Shown piece after piece: positions 17,766-31,100 of a stretch of DNA of 64,000 nucleotides. The stretch comes from a virus. The notes under the pieces are model-generated. The model was not told where the DNA came from. It did no database searches and saw only the letters and a list, made by a program, of their open reading frames with translations. How positions within the stretch are numbered: the stretch's first letter is position 1; each line of letters opens with the position of its first letter. Location: positions 14,891-78,890 of the IMG/VR virus record IMGVR_UViG_3300030108_005139. One strand, 5' to 3'. Made by a program: the position numbers and the translations under genes.

Positions 17766-20700
17766 TTAGTACCCTGATGTTCCTCCACCAGATCCGCCAC
17801 CAGATCCGCCACCATACCCACCACCACTCATTCCAGATGTTGTTCTAGTTGTGGCAGCACTTCTCCGACCAGCCATACTGGTGCTTCGCTGTGCTCTTGT
17901 AGTCATTCTCCGAGTAGCGGTCCTCGCTATTCTAGTTAATCTTTCGTGAGGTTCTGAGGTGTGTGTCCGACCAACCATTGGACCCTCTGTCGGATGCACG
18001 TGATAAAAACCAACATAGTCTTCACCATTTGGAAGCAAAAATTGGCCACCAGATGTATACAAATCAGTTTGTATATCGCTGACTCTTCGATTTCTATAAA
18101 TGGAATGGTCTAGCAACAATCTTGAATCTTTCATCACAGGAGTATGATCATAGTATTCAGGAGGTTGCAAACTCATTTTCACTCTTAAATTATCACCCCT
18201 TGGTGGAACCCTCATAGACATTTGTTCGTTTGTCGCTGAAGACAATAGAAAATATTCATCAAACACTGGGCATTTTAACTTGTCCTCAATCCCTAACTCA
18301 CCGTTACTATATGGTCGAAGTCTAATCAAAGCGTTACCATTTAATCTTTCTATTGTATCTTTTGTAAGTAAACGCCATTCAGTATCTCTTAGTCCTGCAC
18401 CATACCCTACCAAAACCTCTACTCTTTGTAAGCTATTTATTTTAATATTAAATTCAGCATCATTTAAATAATTTCTAACAAAATGACCTGGATTTCTCGA
18501 TTTGAAATTGTTTGGAGTTTTTGCAACCATAGATATAACTTGATTTGGAATCTCTCTTAACTTATTTGGTTGTATTGTATCAATAATATTTTTCTTATTT
18601 TCCAAATTGAATTTCTCATTAGTCTTCTTAATTGAAGTTTTCTTTTGAGATATTGTTTTACTTTGCCCATCGCTGTCTTTAGAATTTAACGATTGGTTCG
18701 GTACAATCTGTGATAACAGCGCAGAAGTTTTTGTAATTTTATTAATATCCTTGGGTTTTTTAGAAATTGTAGCATCGACAAATTTCTTCTTATCTTTTTC
18801 AGTGGCATCAAACTTATTGGTATTGCCAACAAATTTCTTTGAATTAAGCTCTGTGCTTTCTTCGGTAGAAACTAGACTTAAAGATTTTATTTTTTCAATT
18901 TCATCGTCAGGCACTACAGTGACAGATTTTTTGCTCATAAAGTTTTCTATTTCCTTTAATGAGCCTTCCTCTGTGTCAATCGTGTTTTCATAATATCTTT
19001 CGTCACTATCAGATATGTTTTTTTCTTCATTTCTAGAAAGTATTAAAGCATTGAGGCCAACATATTTTACTTGATCCACCTTATCATCTAACTTAACAAC
19101 ATTATCTCCTGCTCTAACACTAATCGGCGATAAAAAGGAGTTTTTATTGTTTTCTGCGTTAAAATTAAACGTGTTCTCTAAACCACTTAAAACAGTGTTT
19201 GAATCTGACCCTGGAAACTTGTTACCCTCTTGTTGTACCCTGCTATTCCATTCAGAAACAGACACCTTAACTAGCCCCACCGACTCGCTTTGTTGCTCCT
19301 CTGGATAAAGATAGCTGAAGCCAGTGTTGTTTTGACAATCAATTACATAAGTATCTTCTTGCTTGGAAAATTCTCTACTGACTACAAACGTTTTAAATTC
19401 AGTTTTATCTATGTGCCCAAAGGAACTGTTATGAACTTTTTTCTTACTACTCAAGTAATTTCTTTTTGTTAAAAGAGCTTCATTCCTTAACATTAAGTCT
19501 TGAATTAGCTCTAGAAACCTCTCTAAACCACTAATGTTCCCACTAACAGGGTGAGTCATATTGAAAATAGTTCTTATTAAGACCTCTCTCGTTGTTTTAG
19601 AAATACCCTCGATGATAGACAAATTTTGAACGTAAACACCAAGACATTTTGCAAGCAAATCTTGTTTGGCCTTTTGATCAGTTTGAATGAAATTCTGATG
19701 GAATCTGTTCGAATGGTAATTCATTCCCTCTACACTTTCTTGAATGTATTCTTCCAACAACTTAGAACTTCTTTGAAGCGCTGCATATTGTTTACGAAAA
19801 AAACCCTCAGTACCATCTTCAAATTCTATCTCAACACGGTAAAAGTAACGACCAGCAGTAAATTGACTTACTTCGTGGTCAGTGACTGAAAAATATCTAA
19901 CTCGATTACTATCGCCAATATAGTTTTGGTCTAAATAGGTCTCCTCCAGAGAGGCGATTGTGGACTCTCCTTCCAAATAGGAATTGTTGATTAATTGTCT
20001 ACCATTTTCAATGTCTTGTGAAAAAACAATTAATTTATCTTGTTGCACTCCCTTCTCAAAACGGCTCCTAAAGACTTTTAAGTATTTAATCTTCATAAAT
20101 GGCATCAACCTATCGAGCGTTTTTGGGTTGTCAATAAATTTAGTAAACTTTACATTTTTTAGATAAATCTGCTTGCAATCAATTCCAAACATAAATCTAA
20201 CATTTTTACTTCTGTCGGTTGTTAGGTAAAAGTTTGAAAATTCAGCACCATTAAAGTTTTTAGGATCTAACGGGCTACTAATTTGCAATAAAGAAGAGAC
20301 CTTCTTAAAAACTCTAAAATCTTGAATTTTTGTATTTGGCGTTTCAAAAAACTTTAACGAGTTATTAACTCCTGTCCCACTAAAAGTTATTGGCGATGGC
20401 TTATAAAAATCACCAGACCACAGCTTGCCATCTCTAGTTCTTAATCCATAATTATTTAATGATAATTCAGAATTATCAATAATAATATCTGTTTTAATCC
20501 TACCAACTGTCTGATATTTATCTGTGACCCCAGAAGCCTGTTCTTCAAATATTCTATAGGGAAATATTACAGTTGCAAGATGTGGAGGGTTTTCATCAGT
20601 GACCCTAGCATCTTCAAAAGTTATGTCGAACGGTATCTCATAAAATGAATTATTTCTATTGTCGGTAATAACATTGAGCATTTTAACGTCAGAAATGCTT

Positions 20701-21011
20701 ATATTTTCTAAACTAACAATTTGATGAGTTGCATCTTTTGCCTTTTTATAGTTGTACTTTAAAGACGCTCTTCTGTTTGATAATTCTTTTGTTAGTTTTG
20801 CACTAAAGCTTAATATAGCCTTAACGCTAAAGCCAGTTAATAAACTTCTAATTTGTTCTACTTGAACCACGTCTTGTTCGTCTGTTCTTTTCTTTTTTAT
20901 ACAACAACGCAGAATAACTTTTCCAGTGTCCAAAGTAATACCGTTAACATACACAGGGGGTAGGCTATCAGTGTGGCCTCTAGAATCTATTTTTAATTTA
21001 GCCATTGCCAT
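17766..21011 (-). CDS. Large hypothetical structural protein (about 1081 aa) with basic and Gly-rich tail
   Basis: Start MAMAK at 21011 (TAATG overlap). C-terminal LYTSGGQF..YVGFYH module, then an R/T/S-rich and GGGS tail. Confidence 0.55.
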   Translation of the reverse strand: MAMAKLKIDSRGHTDSLPPVYVNGITLDTGKVILRCCIKKKRTDEQDVVQVEQIRSLLTGFSVKAILSFSAKLTKELSNRRASLKYNYKKAKDATHQIVSLENISISDVKMLNVITDNRNNSFYEIPFDITFEDARVTDENPPHLATVIFPYRIFEEQASGVTDKYQTVGRIKTDIIIDNSELSLNNYGLRTRDGKLWSGDFYKPSPITFSGTGVNNSLKFFETPNTKIQDFRVFKKVSSLLQISSPLDPKNFNGAEFSNFYLTTDRSKNVRFMFGIDCKQIYLKNVKFTKFIDNPKTLDRLMPFMKIKYLKVFRSRFEKGVQQDKLIVFSQDIENGRQLINNSYLEGESTIASLEETYLDQNYIGDSNRVRYFSVTDHEVSQFTAGRYFYRVEIEFEDGTEGFFRKQYAALQRSSKLLEEYIQESVEGMNYHSNRFHQNFIQTDQKAKQDLLAKCLGVYVQNLSIIEGISKTTREVLIRTIFNMTHPVSGNISGLERFLELIQDLMLRNEALLTKRNYLSSKKKVHNSSFGHIDKTEFKTFVVSREFSKQEDTYVIDCQNNTGFSYLYPEEQQSESVGLVKVSVSEWNSRVQQEGNKFPGSDSNTVLSGLENTFNFNAENNKNSFLSPISVRAGDNVVKLDDKVDQVKYVGLNALILSRNEEKNISDSDERYYENTIDTEEGSLKEIENFMSKKSVTVVPDDEIEKIKSLSLVSTEESTELNSKKFVGNTNKFDATEKDKKKFVDATISKKPKDINKITKTSALLSQIVPNQSLNSKDSDGQSKTISQKKTSIKKTNEKFNLENKKNIIDTIQPNKLREIPNQVISMVAKTPNNFKSRNPGHFVRNYLNDAEFNIKINSLQRVEVLVGYGAGLRDTEWRLLTKDTIERLNGNALIRLRPYSNGELGIEDKLKCPVFDEYFLLSSATNEQMSMRVPPRGDNLRVKMSLQPPEYYDHTPVMKDSRLLLDHSIYRNRRVSDIQTDLYTSGGQFLLPNGEDYVGFYHVHPTEGPMVGRTHTSEPHERLTRIARTATRRMTTRAQRSTSMAGRRSAATTRTTSGMSGGGYGGGSGGGSGGGTSGY
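17785..17814. repeat. 12-bp coding tandem repeat CCACCAGATCCG x2.5 (GGGS linker)
   Basis: Directly visible in the sequence. Confidence 0.8.
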
Positions 21012-22093
21012 TAGTCGCAAACTTCTCCAACATCAACGTCCCTACGGGCATACATATCACTGGCCATAGTTCTTGTAGGTTCCCTTTCATCTCCGCAATC
21101 GTACACCCTGTCAAGAAAGAGACCCTTGGCAGTGTCCAAACCCTTGTACTTACAAAGAAATCTTTCTGAAATTTCGTCATCCACCTTTATTGATAAATAA
21201 TAATCAGCGTACTCGGCAACCTTCCTATTAAGCTTGTCAAAATATCTTCGCTTCGGGATAGGGTTGTGATCTAAATCAAAATCTTCGCTTTCAAAAAAAT
21301 CCATCTCTTCGCTTTTATTAGGATCAGAATTCCAAAATTTAATTGGCTTTAATCTTGTTGCTGAGTTATTATTAGATATTCCTGCCGAGGGGTGTTTGCC
21401 ACCAAAATCAGGGAACTCCTCACTAACTTCAAAAAGCTCTATTTTAAAATTTTCTTTTTGATATGGAGAATTTACTTCATCTATCTCCACCAATAAAAAG
21501 TTGTCTCGAAGCTCTAGGAAGCCATCTTCAAGATCATACACAAATCGCTCTTCTTCATCAAAAACAACTTCAGGTGATGTCAAAGATCCATAAACTGTTT
21601 CATAGACCAAATCTTTAACATTCAATTGTGGAATCTTAAATTTTGGTCCCTCATAAGTATCACCAACTCTTATCGAACTGGTAAACAACATTGGAGAATC
21701 CGATAACTCACCTCTCAGTATATTGACATCGAAAGCAGGAGAGTTGTCGCTGTAATAATCTGCAATTCCTAATTCAGAGGACAAAGAGTAGTTTCTTATG
21801 TAATAAGATTGTATAGTGCTTTGCTCATCGGTCTCTTGAGCAAGAACACTAGTGTCAAACTCTTCTCTACAATTCCTAAACGTCTTTTGAATCTTGGGCC
21901 TTGGTGTTTCTTTTATCCTATCTTCTGCGGCACTTTGTGACTCATCATATCCCATATACTTTGAATCATATATGATATCATCATCAAAAAAAGAATAATA
22001 AACTGGCTTAAACCGACCCTTCGACAACAGATGTCTACCATATGAGGTCAATTCAATTTCCAACACTTCTTCTTGTCTATTATAGAAAACCAC
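21011..22093 (-). CDS. Virion structural protein, N-terminus paralogous to 11588-12511
   Basis: IELTSYGRHLLSKGRFKPVYYSFFDDDIIYD. Confidence 0.55.
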   Translation of the reverse strand: MVFYNRQEEVLEIELTSYGRHLLSKGRFKPVYYSFFDDDIIYDSKYMGYDESQSAAEDRIKETPRPKIQKTFRNCREEFDTSVLAQETDEQSTIQSYYIRNYSLSSELGIADYYSDNSPAFDVNILRGELSDSPMLFTSSIRVGDTYEGPKFKIPQLNVKDLVYETVYGSLTSPEVVFDEEERFVYDLEDGFLELRDNFLLVEIDEVNSPYQKENFKIELFEVSEEFPDFGGKHPSAGISNNNSATRLKPIKFWNSDPNKSEEMDFFESEDFDLDHNPIPKRRYFDKLNRKVAEYADYYLSIKVDDEISERFLCKYKGLDTAKGLFLDRVYDCGDEREPTRTMASDMYARRDVDVGEVCD

Positions 22094-22109
22094 TACTTTT
22101 TCCCTTTAA

Positions 22110-22118
22110 ATAATTAGA
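22110..22118 (-). promoter_or_regulatory. Candidate late-promoter variant TCTAATTAT
   Basis: Intergenic, about 16 nt upstream of 22093; similar GATAATTAT at 36112-36120. Confidence 0.35.
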
Positions 22119-22126
22119 AATCAAGA

Positions 22127-25100
22127 CTATTCTTCATCAGATTTATTTTCAATAACCACTTCTGCATCCATTTTAACCAATTCAATCAATGAGAAGAAAT
22201 CATATGGCCAATTGTAAGAATAATTAAATTCAGATTTATCTTTTACAACACCCTTATCTCTGAGAAGTTCAAACTTAAAGCCCTCTTCCTTAATTGAGTC
22301 AGCCAACATTTCAAAATAATTATCTGACGCCCTTTGTTTGACTTTAAAAACCATCCACCTTAATGAGTCTTTTATCTCGCCCTGCATTAATTCATTTTCT
22401 AACAAATCGTGACTAACTACGACCGACTTAGCTTCAAACCTCCTACCAATGTCTGGGGGTAAATTCTGCCAAATATCAGTTAAGTCTTGTTTAGTCAGCG
22501 TATGCTCAAACTCAAATATATACATCGCCACGGGATTAATTGTGGTGTTAGTAATAAAATCAAATTTTGGAGGAAACACATAATGTCTCACCTTATCAAC
22601 CATATCTATTATAGACTGCCCAACCTTAACTTCCTCTTTGTTCGCCCCTCTGAGAGACAACAAGGCTTGCTGTACCTGTTCTCTAGAAATACTAAAGAAT
22701 TGTTTTACACCATTATTTTCTACAAACGGGATAGCAACAACGGCCTCTCGAATAGTCTTTTCTTCCAACACTTGACCCAATTTAACTGGCGACTTATTGA
22801 ATCCCATTAAATCGGCCAATGAACCAGTCAATGACGGTATACTTTTCTCTTGCTCTGTTAAATCTTGTACTTCTAAATATATACCATCTGCTGTTGCTGG
22901 CTCTACTCCGTATTGATGCCACATCCCCCTTGCTATTGAACTAGACCCAACTGTTGGAGATGTTATCGAAACATTGGAAAAATCTAAAATAGGTGTTTCC
23001 CATTTTGGCTGAATAATCGCAACGCTTGGTGCAGCGGCATCATCCTCAACAAGTGTTGCTTGACCTGTGATGGGGTCGAATGTAGCCTTCTTCTCTCTTG
23101 CAATATCAAATAAATTAATTGAAGAAGTAATCTGCATTTGATTTTTGTAAGCCGGGGTCCGGGCACCAGAACCAACGGTGAAATACTGCTCACCCACTCT
23201 AAAGAAACTCTGACTTAGATTACTAACAATCTCATCAATTGAATAATACTTTGAAGTCTCTGGAGTAAAAGTAAGTTCCACATCTGCATATCCGTCCATA
23301 TAGGGTGGAGTGTGTGGCTCAAAACTTTCAGCACCACGAATATAGTCTGCACGAGTGGGTGGACCAAAGGCCGAACGTCTAGAGTACATAGTTATTGTTG
23401 GGTTTGTAAAGAAAGAACCCGTGAGAGTTATGTCTTGGCCCTTACTATTGTCTCTTGGAGCACTAGATTCTAGCTGTCCTCTTCTAGAAACCCTACCGTT
23501 TCTTAGAACAACTCGCATCTTATATTCTTTACCCCTTTCAGCTTTAAAGTATTTTTTGTTGTCGTCTCTGGCTGAAATCAGACTTGTTACTCCCTGCTGC
23601 TTAAGGAAGAATTTTGGAACCTCTGATACAAAATTATTCATTGCAACTTTGTATAGCGAGCCACCACTACCATCCCAAGACGCCGTAGAATTAATCCTAG
23701 CATCAGGATGAACTTCGCCATCTACTATTGATACACCTGCTAGGTGATTTTCAGGCAAGATTAAAGATTCAAAAGGCACTCGATAGCCATACGAAGAACT
23801 TACTCTATGGCTCGCTGTGTGATCATTAATAATTTCAGTTGCCGCCACATCAAACGAAGATGTCATTATAGGATAGTCAACGGCCAAGCCAGATTTAATT
23901 GAGTTGTATAGCACACCAGGTGCAAACATCGGAGTAAAGAAAGTTTTAAAACTTACCTGATTGCCGAAAGAATCCGCTGTTGTAGTGGCAGATTGATCCT
24001 TAAAATTAACTCTTTCTGAATAAGATTGTGAAAACAGTGAGGCCAACTCAACAGTCCTAGAGGCAGGATAAAAGCCTTCATAAGGCAAGAATTTCATAAC
24101 TGCATTGCACTGAAGAGCGAACTTAGTCGGAGTGTGTCCTACTTCAGAGTGATCTTGTTTAATAACATCAAAGAACTTCATAAAGTCAGTGTTTGTATAT
24201 ACTTTATAGAAGTTGTCATTCTTGCTTGAAGTTAAGTTCCTGGCCGCACCAGTTAGTTCCAAGAAGTTATCATTATCAGCTAGGAAATTTCCAGCCTTAG
24301 TATTAAGGTAGAACTCCATATGTTCGCTTATTCTGAACTCTGGAATTATACTATAATCCTTGCCGTACCCTCTAAAGTCCTCTCTAAAATCATCATACGA
24401 ATTATAGAACGGCTCCTTACCACTTTGCGCGGCAGCTTCCCACAAAGTATCTCCTACTTTTTCATTTATTTCTTTGCCCGTATCATCTCTTTCTGGTACA
24501 TACCTGGAATACAGCGGGCCAAAAATGTTAGTATTGGCAGTAGAGCCATTAAAAGGAGCATCAGAAACAATGCCTTGATCAATATTACTAAAACCAGAAT
24601 GTGCGTAAGAACTTACCGAAGCAGACAAATTACCAACATAATGCAATTCATTGCTAACAGTATCTTGTATGTTGCCAGAAAGTTGTGATAGTGGCCCATC
24701 ATTTTCGTGTTCCCCCATTCTATAGTGAGATAAAACAGTAAGATTCCCAGCACCGGAGCTTGACAAGGTGGTGTTGGTTACATCTATTGGGTTTCCATTG
24801 TTATATAAAGTGGTTATAACGGAGTCGTTCCATTGCCCAGAACCAGTGTCATATATTGAACCGGTAAAGAAAGTTAATTCATCAATAAGCCCCTTGTATC
24901 CTATTGTAGCAGTTTGAGTAGAAAATGTTCCAGTGCTATCCGGTGGGTTTCCTCCAACAACAACAAAAGAGCCAAAACTATTTGATAACCCTTTACCAGC
25001 GTTTGTTGAACCAATCGCTCGACGCTCTCCGTCTACATAAAGGCTCATACTGTGTTCTGTTAAGCCATCGTGATACCAGGCTAAAGCGACGTGGTGCCAA

Positions 25101-28100
25101 CTATCGTTACTTACAATATGATTATCGCTAGTAATTTCTATATTAGCAAGAGCCCAATGATCTCTGTCTATATTAGCAAACTCGTCTTGGTACCATCTAA
25201 GGTATAAAAGATCAGTTGAGTCAATTGTTGTAGACTGTGTAAGCCACTGCCCTCCAACAAAATCTGGATTTGTACCATTAATACCATCACCGAAACCAAG
25301 GTGAGTGATAGCTGTTGTCCAAGTGGTCCCGTCAGGACTATACTGGAAGTACAATGAATCGAGGCCACCACTGTTAACGGTGTCAAATTCTGGCCTTTCT
25401 AGTGCGAGCCCAGAAGGATCATATACGGTAGCATAATCAGTTCCTGTTCCGCCAGCAATGTAACTGTATTTAACAGTTAACGGCCCCTGATATCGATGTA
25501 TCGTTTCAAGGAAACGATCTGCACCGCTTCCATCCGAAGTTGCAAGTGCATTGTCACCAGAACCAGACAGCACATAGGCGAAGGTTTTGGCTGTCGCATC
25601 TCGCTTGATAGCATCCTCGCTTCCCCTACCAGATGAGCCTGTCCAAAAATTAGGATTAACTGGGCCACTGGACGTTCCAAAATTATCATTCACAACTTTT
25701 TGAAAAGCAATCTCTTCAACCTTGTCACCTCGTGATGATCCTATATTTGCAAATATATTATTCTGTTCTAGACGAATATCATAATGCATTTTCTCAGCAA
25801 GAGAGCCACCAGTATCTTTTCGACCCCTGGAGACAAAACTAGCTGACGAGTTAATTGACGAATCACTTTCAGAAGCTTTAAACCAGAAAGATATTACCGA
25901 CGAAGATAGATAACCAAGATTTAAAGTATTGGAAGAATGTGCCTGAGATGCTGACAGATAAGATCTCCTGCCGAACTTAACAGATTTTGTGCTAATTGTT
26001 GATGAGCCTAGATTCTGACCATTATGAAAATGAGTGTATCCATTTTGAAGCTCTCCAGCACCTGAACCAGTTGCAGGTATGTCAAGCTCCTCTTGTGTGA
26101 CTGAGACAAAATTATCTCTTGCATCTAGTGGCCATATACTTTGTTTGGTAACGGTAAATCCCATAGAACTTACCTTGTTAGTTTCGTTTCTTGAGTTTCT
26201 TCTAGATTTCCACTCAGGGTGATCAAAAGTTAATCGACCCCTTGAGCCTGAAAGATAAGTGTTTTCTGGTTGAGGAAACACTGTCTCTCTATAAGAAAGA
26301 TAGTTAAACCTATTAACAGCATTCTCTTCATTGGTGTCTAAATATAGTTCTGTTAAATCATCATAAGGGCCTCTTGCGGCGTTCTTAATCTTTAAGATGA
26401 AATTAATTTCATCAGTTGCAAACATCTCTTTTTTATTTGCAAATGTATATTTTAAAGCTGATTCTACAGTTGGTACTTTTGGATTTTTTGAACCTATATC
26501 AAATGGATCTACTAAATTATCTGTTTCTAAAATATGCACAACTGGCTTATATTTTGACGTGACGGGGGGATCAATAAAGTGCCGCAGCTTACCACCCCTT
26601 CTTTGAGCAGTTACTGACTCTGATTCTTCTTTTGTAAAAACCTCGCTCGATGGTGTCAAGAGAGAGAGGATATTTTTCTTTCTTTGATATCTAATAATTT
26701 GATTATCACCACCTCTAATTTGTTTCCACGAAGGGTGTTGGTATGGTCCGTGGCGAAGAAGAGCAATACCGTGAATTGCCTCTGGTATGTTTGTAACCCC
26801 TCCCAAGCCACTAACATACCCACTCGGAAAATTAGAAGAACTCAACAAATTTTTATTAGAGTGAACTTCATCAACAAGATAGGTGTTGTGTGCAGCAAAC
26901 GGAACTGTCACACCATCAGCGTTGGTTACTTGGCTTTCATTAACAAAATTATAAGCCGCAACCACACCCTCAACAGAAGAGGATACAAGTCCGTCTGCAG
27001 GCGCGTGACCAAAAGTCTCTGCTTTTGAGGGATATGATGAGAAAGAGGCCGTCAACCAAGTATATTGTAAATCACTTTGAGGGATTGGATGCTGTACCCA
27101 ATAGTTATCATATACGGAAGCAGTTATTACTGTTCCCAAATCACCAACTAATTCATTTGAATATTCTATTCTTCTTCGAATATTGCTTGGAGTCTTATGA
27201 AAAGAGGCCGTTGCTCCATATCCATCCACTCTAATTGAACCATATTGGCTATCCACACCAAATTTGCCCTGGTGTCGTGTTAAGAGGGTTTGAAGCCCTT
27301 CTCGGATCCCGCCACCCAAAATGTTAGCACGAATAGAATGCGACTCACCACTTCCACTACTACGAACAGAAAGATTCCTGTAGGGAAGAGCATTATAAAC
27401 TGAATGTTCTTCTGCGATTATATCCAAATAACCCCGAGACATAACTTCTGCACCACCCGGAGCAGAAAAACGACTCACAATGACAGAATCGGAGCCGGTC
27501 AAATCAAGACGAGGCAGGCTGAAGATAGTTTCAAGGCCAGCATCTGCACTAAATCGAGGCGACAAAAACGCCCCTTCACTATCAATATAGGGACCAAAAT
27601 AATTACCACCATTAAGATCTCCGTGCTCACTTTGGTCTACACTTATAAGAGTGTGTACATTGGTTGTTTTTGGAAGATCGACAGCATATCTGGGTGGTAA
27701 ACTAACTCCACCATTTTCTTTAAAATATGCGTTGTTTTCTGTTCGGCCAACAGTTTGTACATATTCTATACTACTAGAGTAGTTACCCAAGACAGTGTTG
27801 GTGTTGCGAATGTTGGTAATATTAACAGGGCTTTTAGCTGTTAAGCCTCTAAAATATCTCGCCCTTGGAACCTCACTATCATATTGACCAGTCGTGGTAT
27901 ATGTTGGACCCACTATGCCTAAAGCAGCATCACCATCTCTGAGAGAGCCTAATAAAATATAATATGACTCTGGTCTATTTCTTTGATCGTCAACGTTGTT
28001 TCTAGTAGATTTGTTCTCATCATATCTATTAATTTCTATGTGTCGATGCTGCATACCACCGACGTGCCTTTCCGTAAATGGACCCTGCATCGGGGTCTCG

Positions 28101-31100
28101 TTTTCTAGCCCATAAGAATCAAAGTGAATGTTTGTAAAATCCATACCATCTTTGAAATTTTCAACAATATGCTTATTGTATCCACCAGTCACTGGGATTT
28201 TGTGTTGATATAAATTGAACGGTACAACCGTGTCTCCCTTGAGAATGTTGTAGTCATATGAGTTGGCTAACTTAATTTCTGAGTTGTCGTAAGCTAAATA
28301 CCTATATTTTCTTTTGTTTAGCTCGTCAGGGAAAGTAACATCGCGAGTATCTATAAACTCGTCTATATCCTTCCTAAGAACTAGCACAAAATTATTTGAA
28401 GCAGTAAGACTATATGGGCCAATCGTAAAAGTAGTTGTTGGACCAAAATCAGTCGTTGCAAGGTTTACATATCTAGTTTTTTTATTTCTTGCAAAGTTAA
28501 CACCACCGTGGATGGGAGTTTGAGCCTGAAACCCTAATGATAAAACTGCTCCTCTATTTTTAAGACTACCCACACTAGGTGACGAAGCGGACAATATCTT
28601 GTCTCTATCGCTATCAACAGCGGCATCGCCTGAAGTAATTGACGGGTGTGACCTTTCAGCCCTAGTCATCCACCAAGTAGAACTTCTATCTTGTGGCATC
28701 GGACTTTCAGGAGGTGGTGGCTGTGACACCTTATAGCCGCCGAAGCCGTCTCTAATTGCCGTTCTTTGAGCAGTCTTAATTGCCAACGTTGAAACACCAC
28801 CTGAGTCTTTTAATGGATCGGGATCCGGCTTTATTTCAGGTGTTGGTTTTCCTGGTGATTTACCTGGGATTGCTGTCAAATCAGCAGAAGAGTTTCTTTG
28901 AACTAATCTTGGAATCTTATTAAAGTGCTTGTTGCGCTCTAAAATGTGACTTTCAACCATAGTCCTAAGATTATCAGAAAAGTTAGAAGTCGCTGGCATT
29001 AACTGATTGATAATTGTTGTAATTGAATGGTCAATCCATTTGTAATAATCAACGTATTTATCTAGGTCAGGCGTGTTCTTGATCCTCTCAAAGAATAGCT
29101 GCCTTAGCTTTGACAAGTCTTTATATTCAGGTCGATACCTGTTTACTGTCTCACCAATTAAATTATTGAAATCAACAATTGTAGCAAACATACTAATCAT
29201 TTCTTCCGAAATGGTTTGATACATACTTTTTTCTACTGCAAAAAAGAACTGCGTGGGTCGGCTCTCTCTAGTGAATGTAGGATCATCTTCGTCAACTATA
29301 TTAATCATATCACTACCAACAACCAACTCAGGCAGCAGTTGTTTGGCAGTGTGCATATATTCTTTGGTTACAGACTTGCTATTGTTCGCAGGGAAAAATT
29401 GCCCATAACCAGGATAGTTTCTCTTCGTTATAGATCCAACATCACCGTATCTCTCATTAGCTAAGGTGGTGGAACCAGAGGAAAAGTCTTGAACAAAGAA
29501 ATTGCCATTTTGATCAGACCCAGTGATATTCTGGAAATCCCAAAATAAACCAAGAGATTCTATTGCAGGAGTGTAAACGTTATTTGCTCCAGTGTGAAAC
29601 AATGACAAGTTTCTATATGGATTTTTAAGTCCATAATTTGTAACATCTTTTGCGTGTGCTTTGATTGTATCATTGTCTAGATAATTTAACCAAAACCTTA
29701 ATGAGGAGGCTTTAACATCAGTTGGTGTAATAACAGAACCTGTAAAGTTAGTCCTGTGTGCGCCCACATACATCCTCTTGTTTGCCTGTATAAAAGGTTC
29801 TGCTAGTTCAGAATCTACAGACGCAGTGACTAAAAACTCATTAACTACCTCATCAAGAATAGTGTTAACACCATAAAATTCAACAACAAAGTTTTCAGTA
29901 CTAGTTGGTGTCGCATAACTACCAGTTGCACCAACCACTGCATTAATTTGTTTATGCTTATCGTGCCTTAACCTAACAGCAAAATTCCATTTGGTGTCAT
30001 CATAAACATCACTGTATACGCTACTAGTTAAAGCCGGAAAAACTGGCTGTGAGCCAAAATAGGCAACAGAAGACGGCGTAGACGATGTAAGCATAAAATA
30101 TGCATCTTTTGTATCTAAGTCGCTATCAAAAGAGCTTGATCTAATTGCATACACTTGAAAGTTAGAGGTATCAGTATCCTCCCAAGTCATATCAGTGCCA
30201 GTGGGACCAGTTATTGGTTCGTGGGCACCAAAAAGAGACGAGGAAAAGAAAGTGGTGTTGAAGTATCCTTCGTCAGATCGCTTTCTCTTTTTTGGAAAAA
30301 TAAATTCTGCTTCAAAAGTGCAGGATACGTCTTCTAGATTGTTTGAACCAACAATGTAACCATATTCTGAGCCGCTGGGGTATTGGTATACTGTCGCGTC
30401 AAACCTATTTGGTTCATTAAAGTTAACAAAACTTTTCCTTACAACCGTTGATCTGTAATTGTCGTCCAACTTGTGAAGCGCGTTTTGACCATAAATATTA
30501 AATTTCAGTATTTCATCATCGATACCAAAACATCGAACAAGGTTCCGAAAAGATTTTTCAGTTCCCTTTGTCTTATAAATGTAAGCTAAATTGTTGTAAA
30601 TATTGTGATATATTAAATTTTTAATATCACTAAGTTCTTGTTCAAACTCAAGTTTCTCATTGCGATTAGCAAGCTTTTCAATTATCTCAGTGTCAATAAA
30701 AAGTTCTGGAGTTGACAGGCCCAACCCTTCCAATAGTCTACCTGCAAATGGTAAAGGTTTAGCACTTGAACTAACACTAGCGCTTGTATAAGTAGAATAT
30801 GTTGCTTCTCGCAAAGTCGAAAGTGATTGAATTTGCAAATGAAGAGAGTCAAAATAACTAGCTAGTATTTGAGTTAGGTTTCTAATTTCACCTTTGTTGT
30901 CTAAATCGTCATCAACAACCCAACGAGGCAACATATTGTAAAGTGCTGCATTGTTTCGAGTGTCGTAAGTTAATCCAATTTGTTTTTTATCAGTTAAAAA
31001 ACTATCAACATCTGGATGGAACGAATATACAATGGGATCCTTAAATTCTGTTTTTGCTGCACTAGCGGACACAATAGCCGATCCCATCCCTCTAGCTGTT

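Noticed and set aside
17765-17827. Track start MVVGMVADLVADL of the 1746-aa ORF
   Set aside because: It is the alternative-frame reading of the upstream gene's GGGS repeat; start moved to 17764.
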